Below are positions 34,424 through 43,591 of a stretch of DNA of 64,000 nucleotides, one piece after another. Each line of letters opens with the position of its first letter. Position 1 is the first letter of the stretch. Source of the stretch: a virus; IMG/VR virus record IMGVR_UViG_3300045988_174371, positions 224,001-288,000 of that record; one strand, 5' to 3'. The notes under the pieces were generated by a model. The model made no database searches and had not been told where the DNA came from. It saw nothing but the letters and a program-made list of their open reading frames with translations. The translations under genes were made by a program, and so were the position numbers.

Positions 34424-35539
34424 CTACTGCGACCGGGGGCTGGTGAGCATATCCGCAATCTGTGCCGCAGTCCCCCTCAAGTCTTCAATCGTCCCAGTGT
34501 TATAGACCGCAAAATCAAAGTCAGCCTCAGTGAGTGACACCTCGGAAGTGTGCGTATCAGTATTTCTGCCACTGGCACCCTGAACCCATGCGGTACTTCC
34601 ACCCATCTCCTTGATAGCATTCAATTCATTTGGAAAACGAATGCCCGTGACTGCCACATTCTTACCCTGCGCATGGAGCTGGCGAACACGTACACGCATC
34701 ATCTCAACCCAGGCATCCTCATCAATCATCTCACGCACCACATCAGTACCCAAGGACTGCAACAAAGAGCGTACCTCCTGCAAACGCTTAGCCTTAGCCC
34801 AGTCACCCTTACACACAACCTTCAGGTAGGTTGAAAGCTTCATCACCTCAACATTATCACCTTCACCAATAGGGCATACGATGGACGGATTGACCTTCAG
34901 CAAAGCTTCATAGAGCGGTTCAGACATGCCAATTACAGCCCAATCATCACCCAAGAAGCCTGCAAAGGTGTCCTTCCCTGAGGCTTTCCAGCCACCAATT
35001 CCCAGCAAAGCAGGATGAGCAACCTCAATAGCGCCGCCATCACTACTGGCACTTGCAGACTCGCCGCTACGGATGGACTCGTAAGCAACACTTAGGTGGT
35101 TGATGTTATTGCGGTACAGCTCATACACATCCATCACTGCGTCACTGAGAGCAAGCCCCTCATCCGGTCGAACAAAACGGTAAGGGGAATTTGTCGGCAG
35201 GTCAGCAAAAGCTAGAGCCAAAGAATGCATATCCACAACCTTACCGCCAATCAGAGCTGACAGTGCAGGAATTGCGTGCTTAGTCTCATTCAAGAGACGC
35301 TGAGCATCCCAAGCAACAAGCACAAAGCCAGCGTCCGCGTAAGAAGACTGACGCAACGAATCAATCGTAGAGATAATGTCCATCTGACCCTCAGGGATGG
35401 TCTTACCCGTAAACAAGGACTGTACAACAGGCACCCCTAGAAGGTCATGCGAGCCGCCAGTAATCGGCAGAAAAGCCACCCTCCGCCTATCCGCATCCAT
35501 GTGCGCAACAATATGTACAACAGGGTTCTGAGTATTCAA
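34424..35539 (-). CDS. Fusion protein: unknown N-terminal domain plus dNMP kinase-like C-terminal domain
   Basis: C-terminal half has the P-loop GIGGWKASGKDT and VTGIRFPNELNAIKEMGG (phage-type dNMP kinase pattern). The N-terminal roughly 190 aa loosely resemble a DEDD exonuclease (VAWDAQRLL, LALSDAVMDVYELY) but lack the acidic ligands. TTG 35539 with AAGGAG is preferred over the track start at 35575. Confidence 0.6.
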   Translation of the reverse strand: MNTQNPVVHIVAHMDADRRRVAFLPITGGSHDLLGVPVVQSLFTGKTIPEGQMDIISTIDSLRQSSYADAGFVLVAWDAQRLLNETKHAIPALSALIGGKVVDMHSLALAFADLPTNSPYRFVRPDEGLALSDAVMDVYELYRNNINHLSVAYESIRSGESASASSDGGAIEVAHPALLGIGGWKASGKDTFAGFLGDDWAVIGMSEPLYEALLKVNPSIVCPIGEGDNVEVMKLSTYLKVVCKGDWAKAKRLQEVRSLLQSLGTDVVREMIDEDAWVEMMRVRVRQLHAQGKNVAVTGIRFPNELNAIKEMGGSTAWVQGASGRNTDTHTSEVSLTEADFDFAVYNTGTIEDLRGTAAQIADMLTSPRSQ

Positions 35540-35593
35540 GAAAAAGCTCCTTAACAGCAAAGTTCGTACCAACAATTTTAACGCATCGCCAAC

Positions 35594-35646
35594 CTAAAAG
35601 GAAGGTGATGCGAGGGCTCCAATGCAGGAAACTCTTCGCATCACCT
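35594..35646 (-). terminator. Intrinsic terminator after the GH16 gene
   Basis: 11-bp arms aggtgatgcga (35603-35613) and tcgcatcacct (35636-35646). The minus strand continues TCCTTTTAGG. A competing partner gcatcgcc lies at 35583-35590. Confidence 0.6.
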
Positions 35647-35665
35647 TCAATCTTACAATATGAGA

Positions 35666-37462
35666 TTAGGACTTGTCGCCGCTACTGCGACCAGCCCACC
35701 ATAGCCAACCAATAACGGCAACTACGCCAGCAACAATCGCAGAAACACCTACCGCGAACCAGTTAGTCCCTGAGTCGTGACCAGTAGCCGCAACAATAGG
35801 CTTCTCAGGTTTGCTAGACTCGAAAGAGTTGGAGGAATCACTTGGTGCTTTAGTGCTAGAGGGGTTAGATGAATCGACAACCCTATCTCCGCTCTTGTTC
35901 ACCGAAGCATCCTCACCTGTAGGCATAGAAGCCTCACTCACAGGCTGTTCCGCAGGAGTAGGTGAAGCAGTGGGAGAGGCGCTATCACTTACTACCGGGA
36001 CGCTACTAGGCTCAGCAGTGACCACAGGCGCAGACGAAGCATCCGCCGTAGGCGCTACAGACGGGGAAGGTTCCGTAGGCGACTCCACGGGCTTAGTAGG
36101 TTCCACCGTAGGCGCTACTGGAGCCAAGCTTGCCGTAGAAGTCGGAGATGGTGAGGATGAAGTAGTCGAGATGGCACTGGGCTTTACAGGTGCAGGGGCT
36201 TCCGTGGGCTCATGTGTCGCCACCGGCGGCTTAGTAGGCTCCACTGTAGGCTCAACACTAACGGTTGGCTCTGCTGGAGCTGGGGTTACTGTAGGCTTAG
36301 GTGTACCTACTGTGGGAGCGGGTATCGGTGTTGCGGTCGAAGTAGGCTCTACCGGCTTAGAAGCTTCAACAGTAGGGGTGGGGCTAGGGGTGCTCGCCGG
36401 GAGTGACGGAACAGGGCTTGCCGTAGGCTCTACCTTAGGGGTTTCCGTAGGCTGAGGGGCATCTGCCGTTGGCTTAGCCTCTACCGGCGTAGGAGCGGCA
36501 GTAGAATGCGCAGGGGTGGGCTTCGCGCTAGGGGTGCTCTCCGCAGGCTTGGGGGTTTCGGCGGTCACTAGAGGGTAGTGTCGAACATAGTCGAATGAGA
36601 TGCCGCCGGTCGGGTTGGATTGGAGACCCCAATATACGTTTGAGACACGCGCAGTCAAAGTCGTATTTAGAGGCTGACCCGCTGGGAAACTCTTCGCGTA
36701 ATTCGGGTCGGAAGACTTCATCTCCTGAACCAACTCACCATCACGGAAAACCTTGATACCATCAGCAGTCTTCAAGATACCAACTACTACAGGCTCACCA
36801 ACTGGCTTATTCTGGAACCAGGAAGGCTTACCGTGAGTAACCTTCTTCCCAGTCTGTGCGTTGATAGCGTCCTGGCTGTAGTGGATGATGGTCTGGTTCT
36901 TGTTGGACTGGTCGAACTTTTCCTTCTTACCGGACTCGTTACGGGTCTCCTTCACGGTACTGCCAAACGCTTCGTACCCATCAACTTCCCCAAGCTGAGG
37001 ACCGGCAACATTGCCGTTACCGTAGAGATAGCCACCGACATGCCCAAAACCGCTGTAGCTGGAAACCTTAAACTCCCAGTAGCCGTCCTCAAATGCCGCC
37101 TTGTTATTGGTGCTCATCTCAGCAGACTCACCCTTCTGCCCATTCGCGCCAACCTTTGTGGTGAGGTGTAGCTGACCATCCTTAACGGTTACAGCATCCT
37201 TGGTGTACTTCCCGTAAGGGTCTTGATTTACCTCGGAGTAGCCGTTGTAGACGCTCCAGAAGTCCTTATTTACTTCTGTACCGTCAAACTCATCCGCCCA
37301 GTCTGGGCACCCTAAACCTGGCTGGTACTGGCTCTTGAGGCATGACCCGGCAGGAACCGGGTTCTTCGGGGCAATATTTGCCGCGTTAGCTACAGCGGTT
37401 CCGGTCAGCATTGACACAGCCAAAGCAGTAGCCCCTGCGCGGCGCTTAGAAATACTCGTCAT
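35666..37462 (-). CDS. Secreted GH16-type glycoside hydrolase with PT-rich stalk and VAATG sorting signal
   Basis: Signal peptide, DEFDGTEVNKDFWSV, catalytic-type GEVDGYE (ExDxxE), about 250 aa of P/T/A-rich sequence, and the C-terminus IVAATGHDSG plus TM plus GRSSGDKS. ATG 37462 (GGGAGA upstream) is preferred. Confidence 0.7.
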   Translation of the reverse strand: MTSISKRRAGATALAVSMLTGTAVANAANIAPKNPVPAGSCLKSQYQPGLGCPDWADEFDGTEVNKDFWSVYNGYSEVNQDPYGKYTKDAVTVKDGQLHLTTKVGANGQKGESAEMSTNNKAAFEDGYWEFKVSSYSGFGHVGGYLYGNGNVAGPQLGEVDGYEAFGSTVKETRNESGKKEKFDQSNKNQTIIHYSQDAINAQTGKKVTHGKPSWFQNKPVGEPVVVGILKTADGIKVFRDGELVQEMKSSDPNYAKSFPAGQPLNTTLTARVSNVYWGLQSNPTGGISFDYVRHYPLVTAETPKPAESTPSAKPTPAHSTAAPTPVEAKPTADAPQPTETPKVEPTASPVPSLPASTPSPTPTVEASKPVEPTSTATPIPAPTVGTPKPTVTPAPAEPTVSVEPTVEPTKPPVATHEPTEAPAPVKPSAISTTSSSPSPTSTASLAPVAPTVEPTKPVESPTEPSPSVAPTADASSAPVVTAEPSSVPVVSDSASPTASPTPAEQPVSEASMPTGEDASVNKSGDRVVDSSNPSSTKAPSDSSNSFESSKPEKPIVAATGHDSGTNWFAVGVSAIVAGVVAVIGWLWWAGRSSGDKS

Positions 37463-37527
37463 AAAGCAACTCTCCCGCACCTGAGGTATAGGCACGCAAT
37501 ATAGTGAGAAAAATTACAAAGACTGTA

Positions 37528-37574
37528 TAGCAAAAGCCCCTTACTTTCAAGTAATACCTGAGAGTAAGGGGCTT
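37528..37574 (-). terminator. Intrinsic terminator after the HTH gene
   Basis: 12-bp arms aagccccttact (37534-37545) and agtaaggggctt (37563-37574). The minus strand continues TTTGCTATAC. Confidence 0.6.
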
Positions 37575-37581
37575 GGTTGCG

Positions 37582-38034
37582 CTAGGGGTTAAGAACTTCG
37601 TTGAGATTATTCTCTTCTTCAAAGCCCCAGAGCTTGAGGAGATTATTCTTCTTCTCCTCTAGAACCTTATTGCGTGCGGCGAGAGCGTCACCCATAAGGA
37701 TACGGTGACCATGCTCGGTCTCCAGTAGAGGGACTTCGTTAGCGCGAATCATCTTCCAGAGCGTGCCAGGACCCACCAGGGCAACATCTGCCGCTTCAGT
37801 GACAAGAAGCTTTGCATTCGAATTGCTGATGGTGACGCTGTTGTCATTGAGTAGAGATTCAAGTGCTTCACTCAGTAAAGCGACCGCATGTTCGTGGTTC
37901 TCCCGCGAGTCTTCATGGTCTGGAATTGAGTTCTCAATAGCGGATACCGTGGCGTTGATGAGCTTCAGCATCTCCGGCGTTACGTGCGCCTGAAAATGTT
38001 TCATTGACAGCATGTGGTAACACACACCTTTCAT
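37582..38034 (-). CDS. Small DNA-binding protein with C-terminal excisionase/MerR-type HTH
   Basis: LVGPGTLWKMIRANEVPLLETEHGHRILMGD resembles HTH_17/excisionase-type helix-turn-helix. The N-terminal 80 aa are helical. The start among M1/M8/M11 is unresolved. Confidence 0.5.
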   Translation of the reverse strand: MKGVCYHMLSMKHFQAHVTPEMLKLINATVSAIENSIPDHEDSRENHEHAVALLSEALESLLNDNSVTISNSNAKLLVTEAADVALVGPGTLWKMIRANEVPLLETEHGHRILMGDALAARNKVLEEKKNNLLKLWGFEEENNLNEVLNP

Positions 38035-38060
38035 GTAGTGATTGAAAATAACTTACTGCA

Positions 38061-38071
38061 AGTGTACCACA
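38061..38071 (-). promoter_or_regulatory. Extended -10 promoter candidate (TGTGGTACACT)
   Basis: The minus strand reads aaaaaTGTGGTACACTtgc, about 27 nt upstream of the 38034 start. An identical 11-mer occurs at 46670-46680. Confidence 0.45.
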
Positions 38072-38103
38072 TTTTTGCGCCCTACGCAGGTTGTTGCATG
38101 AGG

Positions 38104-38161
38104 CATAAAAAGAGGGGGTGTCCTCAGAAAGGGGGAAACCCCCCAACCCAAAGACACCCCT
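38104..38161 (-). terminator. Intrinsic terminator after the 1019-aa surface protein gene
   Basis: Outer arms ggggtgtc (38115-38122) and gacacccc (38153-38160) enclose an inner gggggaaaccccc hairpin. The minus strand continues CTTTTTATG. Confidence 0.6.
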
Positions 38162-38202
38162 AAGCTAAGCCACCCAATCGGGGCTCAGCCTAAAGAAGCA
38201 TT

Positions 38203-41200
38203 TTACTTCTCGTCAGCCTCAGTAGCCTTACGGCGCTTACCCAGGAGCAAAGCCCCAAGACCAGCACCAACAGCGGCAAACAACCCAGCCTGACCAGCAA
38301 CACCATTACCAGTGTCACGACCAGTCTTAGCCTCCACCTGCTTCACAGGCTCAGCAGGCTTCTCAACTTTCGGCTCCTCAGGCTTAGGAGCCTCAGGAGT
38401 TACTGGCTCAATCTTGTGCTCAAGACGAATCACAGCCTGAGTAGTAAGACCCGAAACCGTGGACACCTGATAGGTCACCTCAGGAAGCTCGCCAGTGTAA
38501 CCTGCCACACGCAGGAACTTCACGACACCATTCTCATCAACGGTGTAAGTGCCCTTACCCTCGAAGGTTCGAGAAGTAACCCAAGAACCATCCTCAGCCT
38601 GGAAGCGAATAGTCTTCGCATCCAGCGGGTCATCAACACCGTTAATGGAACCGCCCTTGTCGTTGCTCAGAACGCCCTCTAGGACAGTCTCATCAGTGGT
38701 GATGGTGTAGCTGTCGTCAGATGCCTTCGGCTCAGTGTAGGTAGCTTCCGGGTTATCTGCGACAACCGGAGGGTTGCCCGGAACCTCAGAGACAACCTCA
38801 GCAGTCGCCTTAGCGGGGTCGGTCACAGTCTGAGCAGTACCAACAGTACCGTTTACCTTAGTACCGTCCCAACGCTTGAAGATATTAGCCGTCTGAGTCG
38901 CCTTGTAGGTAACCTCAGCAGTCTTACCCGAAGCCACGGAAACGGTGCCAACCTCAAGGGTCTTCGTCTCACCAGGGGCAAGGGTGAATCCAGCAGGCAA
39001 GGTTACCTTAGCGCCCGCCGCATTAGCGACAGTCAAAGTGTCAGCGTTCAAAGTGACAGCAGAGCCAGAGGTGTTAGTCACATCAACCGTGACCTTGCCA
39101 GTAGCACTACCATTCTCGTCAAGCTTCAACTTCACCGGGTTAATGTTCGCATCGTCACCGTTAATCTTAGTAACGATTCCGATAGCCGTGTTGATGGGCT
39201 GAATGTGCAAGGTGACAGTAGACTCTGCTTCCTTACCATCAGCAGTGGACACGATGTAACGGACAGTGAAATCGCCAATAATGTTCTGCGGGTGGTCGAA
39301 AACAACCTTGCCATTGACAACCTTGGCGGTCACGCCGGAATCACCGAAGCTGTAAGACGTGGAGCCCTTACCATCGCCAAGCTTCAAAGTAGAAGCATCG
39401 ACGGTGCTACCCTCAACCTTGGCAGTAGCCAGCGGGTCAAGAGTATGGGACTTCTCGCTATTCACCAGAACAGTCTTCTCCGCCGGAGCAACAGTCAGGT
39501 TCGACTGCTTAGCCCAAGTGAACGTTGCAGTGGACGGAACCTTAGTGGTTGCCTTACCGCTATCGTAAATATTGTAGTTCACGGTCACGGTGCCGCTGAA
39601 ACCCTTCTCGGGGACGGCAGTTGCGACACCATTAGCGTCGATAGTGATGGTCGCCTTACCCGGAACAACAATCTTCTTACCACCCTCAGAAATGGTCGCA
39701 CCATCCGTAGTGGAGAAGATAGTCTTAGTCTTATCCAGGGTGTACGGCTTAACCGTAGAGGAGTTCTCCATCAGGTCAGCAGTCAAAGTGACACCGTAAG
39801 CGCCCTGCTTCTGCTCGTTACCATCCTTGGGCAAAGCGTAAGACTCAGCGGAACTGTCCTCGTAGCTGTAGCCACCCCATGCGGTAATAAAACCAGTCTG
39901 CGGGCGACCGGCAACGTCAGTGCGGTAGGTGCGACCCTCAAAGGTGAAAGTCGTTTCCTTGTTTCGGATTGCCTCAGCGGTCAGCTGTACGTCACCGCAA
40001 CGCTTCCCCTCGGAGTCGATACCGGGGCCGTAATCCTTAACCTTCCAGTGAGGCTCCTGCTCAACAACCTTAGTGACATCAGGCGAGGTGGTGGAGAACC
40101 AGAACGACATACCATCCCACAAAGCGGTGTACTTGAGAACCAGCTTACCAGGGGTGGACTTCTCAAAGTCGATAGTTACCAGAGGCTCAGTGACACCACG
40201 TTCCTTCAACTCGCCACGGACAGTGTTAGCGAAGTTGCCTGTTGCGGAACGCGCCCAGAACTTGTCGGATACCGTATTAACATCATAAGTGCCGTCAAGC
40301 CACTCATTCTGCTTCATACCATCATTAACAGTAATGTACTTACGCAGGTCGGGGTTATCCTTACCCCACTGTGCCAGCTCCTTACCCTGAAGCGGGTACC
40401 AGCGCCCACCAATCTCCTTAGCAGGCATAGAAGCAATTAGCGCGAAGTTAGGGTTCTTCTTGAGGTAGTCATCTGCTTCACCCTGACCGATACGGAATTG
40501 CTGTTTCGCAGGGTCGATAATCAGCTCAATTTCGTAGGTGCCACCCTTGACAACGCCATTCGGGACAGTCTGACCCTTCAAGAATGCGTCAGGAACGCCA
40601 CACTTTGCGACACCCTGACCGCCGTACCAGACACCACCAGGTGAAATGAAGTTCGGCGTAGTGGCGGCGGGGTTCAGCTTAATCTGACCGCCATTGATGG
40701 TGCCAATACCTGTTGCCTTATACTTCAGGTCATAGGTCTTGAGAACCTTCTCATCATTTAGCGGGTCAATATTTGCTGTGAAGTTCGCGCTAATGTCACG
40801 CGGGTTCTCAGTAATCGCATCATTCCAGGTAATGCGGATAATGCGGCTATTCGTCGGGTGGTTAGACAGGGTACCAATCTTCTTGCCGCTTGCGTCAAGA
40901 ACATCTACCATCTTAGTGGTAAACAGAAGGTTGTTGGCATTTTCCTTACCTTCGGAGCCAGCCGCCAAAGTGGGGATAAGCTCAATCTCGGTAGTCTGCC
41001 CCGCCTTGAGCGCACCGTCCAGGTTCGGGATGGTGAGGGTTACCTGTCGGGTGACGCCACCACGACCATTGGTGAGAGTCTGCACTTCCTCGCCGCCAGC
41101 CACCTTGAGTGAAGCGCCTGCAAGGTTGCCGTTCAAGGTGGTAGCAGTAGTAGCGTTTGCATCAGCCGCAAACGCCGGAGCGATACCACTCACAGTCGGG

Positions 41201-41262
41201 ACAGCGGCAAGTGCGAGCATGGGAAGTGCGGTTAGTACCTTCTTTGAGGTAGTCTTAGCCAT
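38203..41262 (-). CDS. Large Ig-like-repeat surface adhesin with VEAKTG sorting signal
   Basis: Signal peptide MAKTTSKKVLTALPMLALAAVPTVSGIAPAFA (ATG 41262, GGAGA upstream). Beta-rich T/V/G repeat domains. C-terminus VEAKTGRDTG plus hydrophobic segment plus GKRRK. Confidence 0.75.
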   Translation of the reverse strand: MAKTTSKKVLTALPMLALAAVPTVSGIAPAFAADANATTATTLNGNLAGASLKVAGGEEVQTLTNGRGGVTRQVTLTIPNLDGALKAGQTTEIELIPTLAAGSEGKENANNLLFTTKMVDVLDASGKKIGTLSNHPTNSRIIRITWNDAITENPRDISANFTANIDPLNDEKVLKTYDLKYKATGIGTINGGQIKLNPAATTPNFISPGGVWYGGQGVAKCGVPDAFLKGQTVPNGVVKGGTYEIELIIDPAKQQFRIGQGEADDYLKKNPNFALIASMPAKEIGGRWYPLQGKELAQWGKDNPDLRKYITVNDGMKQNEWLDGTYDVNTVSDKFWARSATGNFANTVRGELKERGVTEPLVTIDFEKSTPGKLVLKYTALWDGMSFWFSTTSPDVTKVVEQEPHWKVKDYGPGIDSEGKRCGDVQLTAEAIRNKETTFTFEGRTYRTDVAGRPQTGFITAWGGYSYEDSSAESYALPKDGNEQKQGAYGVTLTADLMENSSTVKPYTLDKTKTIFSTTDGATISEGGKKIVVPGKATITIDANGVATAVPEKGFSGTVTVNYNIYDSGKATTKVPSTATFTWAKQSNLTVAPAEKTVLVNSEKSHTLDPLATAKVEGSTVDASTLKLGDGKGSTSYSFGDSGVTAKVVNGKVVFDHPQNIIGDFTVRYIVSTADGKEAESTVTLHIQPINTAIGIVTKINGDDANINPVKLKLDENGSATGKVTVDVTNTSGSAVTLNADTLTVANAAGAKVTLPAGFTLAPGETKTLEVGTVSVASGKTAEVTYKATQTANIFKRWDGTKVNGTVGTAQTVTDPAKATAEVVSEVPGNPPVVADNPEATYTEPKASDDSYTITTDETVLEGVLSNDKGGSINGVDDPLDAKTIRFQAEDGSWVTSRTFEGKGTYTVDENGVVKFLRVAGYTGELPEVTYQVSTVSGLTTQAVIRLEHKIEPVTPEAPKPEEPKVEKPAEPVKQVEAKTGRDTGNGVAGQAGLFAAVGAGLGALLLGKRRKATEADEK

Positions 41263-41392
41263 TAGGTTTGTCTCCAATAATAGGTTACAGAACAATTGCC
41301 GGGACACTGAGCACTCTATGCGGCATCAGTTCCCCGGCAGGTTAGCGTCTTACTCAGACGTGCTGGAGAGAAGCTAACCTTTACACAAGATA

Positions 41393-41457
41393 CATAGCAG
41401 AAAGGTTGCAACATGTGTTGCATATAGCCCCGTGCTGTATGCAACACTTCTGCTATG
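41393..41457. promoter_or_regulatory. Operator-like palindrome cluster upstream of the adhesin gene
   Basis: 18-nt arms catagcagaaaggttgca (41393-41410) and tgcaacacttctgctatg (41440-41457), 16/18 complementary. They flank the central palindrome tgcaaca-tg-tgttgca (41407-41422). The TGCAACA half-site occurs three times. Confidence 0.45.
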
Positions 41458-41500
41458 TGGAATCCACAATAGCTCATCTGAACTAAAATGGAAAGCGAAT

Positions 41501-42175
41501 TTAGGCAGAAGTTTCCTTCAGCTTATCGTCAAGGTAGCGCGCCGCATAGTCATACTTCAACAGCTCCCAAGCCGCCTTGTCAGTAACTTCACGCAGGCGA
41601 GTCACATCGCGATTATCTTCAACCTCAGCGCGCTTCACAAGAGCCGCCAGATGGTTCTTAGTGACGCGAGATAGGTAGAGCCTGTAAGAATCCTCATGCT
41701 CTCCGTGGGTTAGGGCAACGACCGCCTCCATGACCTCAGCGGGCATGACCTTCTCCAGCTCATGAGCCGTGACCTTCGTGTGCTCCAACACGTCATGCAG
41801 GTATGCTACAGCTACAGCAAAATCATCACCGTGGGTAGCCTCACTGACCTGCATCGCAACATTGATAATATGCCCACCATAGTAGTCATTACCGCCCTCA
41901 TCGACCATACCCGCATGGGCAACCTTGGCGATATACTCAGCGGCATCCAGCACCCACGTCTTATAGTCAGTTTCGCGCTGGAATACACCCTTAGAAATGT
42001 CGGTACCAGACATCGCGCCAGAGCCAATGTCTACCAGGCTAATCATCCCGCTCTCAACCTTGAGAACCCATACGGTAGAGCCATCAACGAGAGCCGGTAC
42101 GGTTTCCCCGGCGGGAGTAGCTACAAGACCATACTCGTAGGCGGAAGAATCGGTGACAGGGTATACGAAACCCAT
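41501..42175 (-). CDS. HD-domain phosphohydrolase (small alarmone hydrolase-like) with N-terminal extension
   Basis: AHAGMVDEGGNDYYGGHI ... AVAYLHDVLEHT ... ALTH fit the H...HD...D pattern of SpoT/Mesh1-type HD domains. A roughly 95-aa beta-rich N-terminal extension precedes the domain. Confidence 0.6.
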   Translation of the reverse strand: MGFVYPVTDSSAYEYGLVATPAGETVPALVDGSTVWVLKVESGMISLVDIGSGAMSGTDISKGVFQRETDYKTWVLDAAEYIAKVAHAGMVDEGGNDYYGGHIINVAMQVSEATHGDDFAVAVAYLHDVLEHTKVTAHELEKVMPAEVMEAVVALTHGEHEDSYRLYLSRVTKNHLAALVKRAEVEDNRDVTRLREVTDKAAWELLKYDYAARYLDDKLKETSA

Positions 42176-42283
42176 AAGAGCACCACATGCCTTTCAAATA
42201 GATAACGAATGTGACACTAACAACATATCGCATGGTGCTGGTTGGTGTCCAACGCAACACGATAGTTTCTTTCACAGGACGCA

Positions 42284-42324
42284 ATTATGCCCCTGTAAGC
42301 TGTTGGAGCTTACAGGGGCATAAT
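42284..42324 (-). promoter_or_regulatory. 17-bp perfect stem-loop in the leader of the HD hydrolase gene
   Basis: attatgcccctgtaagc (42284-42300) and gcttacaggggcataat (42308-42324) with a 7-nt loop. No U-tract. It lies downstream of the -10 candidate cGTGGTATCAT (42433-42443). Confidence 0.45.
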
Positions 42325-42478
42325 CAATATCGAACCTCGAAAATGTAAATACAGCCGAGCGAGTCACTGCTAGTTGTAATTACAGTTCGGTTTAGCTGAA
42401 GGCGTAACGACCCGAACGCCCCCATGTATTACATGATACCACGTAGGCATATGCCTTGCAACCCATGTGCGGAAGCAC

Positions 42479-43591
42479 TTATAGGGCGGTGTAGTAGCCA
42501 TCCACAGACATGATAGAAGTGGAGTGAATAAGGGTACCCTCAGATGGGTTGAGAGCAGAAATCATCTTGCCGTCGCCCAGGTAGATACCGACATGGCTGT
42601 AACCGTTCTGGAATACAATGTCGCCCGGCTTCGGGTTGTTAGTAACCTTGAGTTCACTAGCCATAGCGTAGGTGTACGCGGTTAGCTTAATGCCCTGCTG
42701 GGCATAAACCCATGACACAAAACCAGAGCAGTCCCAAGCACGGAACGTCTTGCCGCCCCAAATGTATGCGCCACCCAGACCAGTCTTTGCAGTCTCAACA
42801 ATTGCCGCGCGGGTAGCATCCAGGTTGGAAGTGTCTACTGCCGTGGAAGCCGCCTTACTGGAAGTCTTATCTACACGCACATCAAAGTTGGACGTGTAAT
42901 TCCCGTTAGTAGTGGTAGTGGAGGCAGGAGCACCATTATTGGTTGCTACGGAAGTGGAAGGCGTATATACGCGCTGAGAGTTCGACTGCGCAGATACGAC
43001 GGTAGCTGAACCGGCGGCATTCAGACCAGCGGGAGAGGTATCCCCACTAGTGTGAGAAGCAGGAGGGGTAAGCTCATTCGCCTTAGCGTCTGCGCGTGCC
43101 TTAGCCGCAAGTTCCTCTGCCTTCTTCTTCTCAGCCTCAGCAGTTGCCTTAGCTTCATCCTCAGCCTTCTTCTCGGCATCCGCCTTAGCCGCAAGCTCAT
43201 TGCGGGTAGCGTCAATGCCGGTCAAGAACTTATCCATAGCATTTGCGCGCGCCTGAGCCTTGCGAGCCGCATCATTCTGAAGGTTATTGAGCGTCACCAT
43301 ATCGATAGTAACGTCGCCATTCTCCATGTACACAGTCTTAAACTGCGCACGCTCTTCAGGAGTAAACTCAACAACCTTAGTATTATTAACATCCACAAGG
43401 TCATTAACGCTTGAGGTGGTTGCCGGGGCAGTAAAAGACGCAGGCACATCCGCAACATGATTAGCGGCAGACGTATCTGCATACGCTACCGACGGGGCAA
43501 CCAGAGCGGCAATAATAGGAGTGGTCAGAGTCAGCTTAGTGTAAATGTTTTTCTTGCCCATAAGGGTAAGTAACTTTCTTGTAGGGGTCAT
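42479..43591 (-). CDS. Secreted NlpC/P60 peptidoglycan endopeptidase with coiled-coil region
   Basis: Signal peptide, an A/E/K-rich coiled coil, and the C-terminal YIWGGKTFRAWDCSGFVSWVY ... GDIVFQNGYSHVGIYLGDGKMISA (Cys-His catalytic blocks). The start is M1 (43591) or M11 (43561). Confidence 0.9.
   Translation of the reverse strand: MTPTRKLLTLMGKKNIYTKLTLTTPIIAALVAPSVAYADTSAANHVADVPASFTAPATTSSVNDLVDVNNTKVVEFTPEERAQFKTVYMENGDVTIDMVTLNNLQNDAARKAQARANAMDKFLTGIDATRNELAAKADAEKKAEDEAKATAEAEKKKAEELAAKARADAKANELTPPASHTSGDTSPAGLNAAGSATVVSAQSNSQRVYTPSTSVATNNGAPASTTTTNGNYTSNFDVRVDKTSSKAASTAVDTSNLDATRAAIVETAKTGLGGAYIWGGKTFRAWDCSGFVSWVYAQQGIKLTAYTYAMASELKVTNNPKPGDIVFQNGYSHVGIYLGDGKMISALNPSEGTLIHSTSIMSVDGYYTAL

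Noticed and set aside
39205-40440. 411-aa plus-strand ORF. Other long plus-strand ORFs of the same kind: 45451-46596, 13299-14051, 7279-7941, 23650-24297, 35811-36455, 40739-41377, 50859-51470, 21752-22291, 4555-5169.
   Set aside because: All lie antisense to minus-strand genes that have clear domain motifs. Their translations are Arg/Leu/Ser/Gly-rich low-complexity sequence with no RBS and no motifs. These are shadow ORFs.
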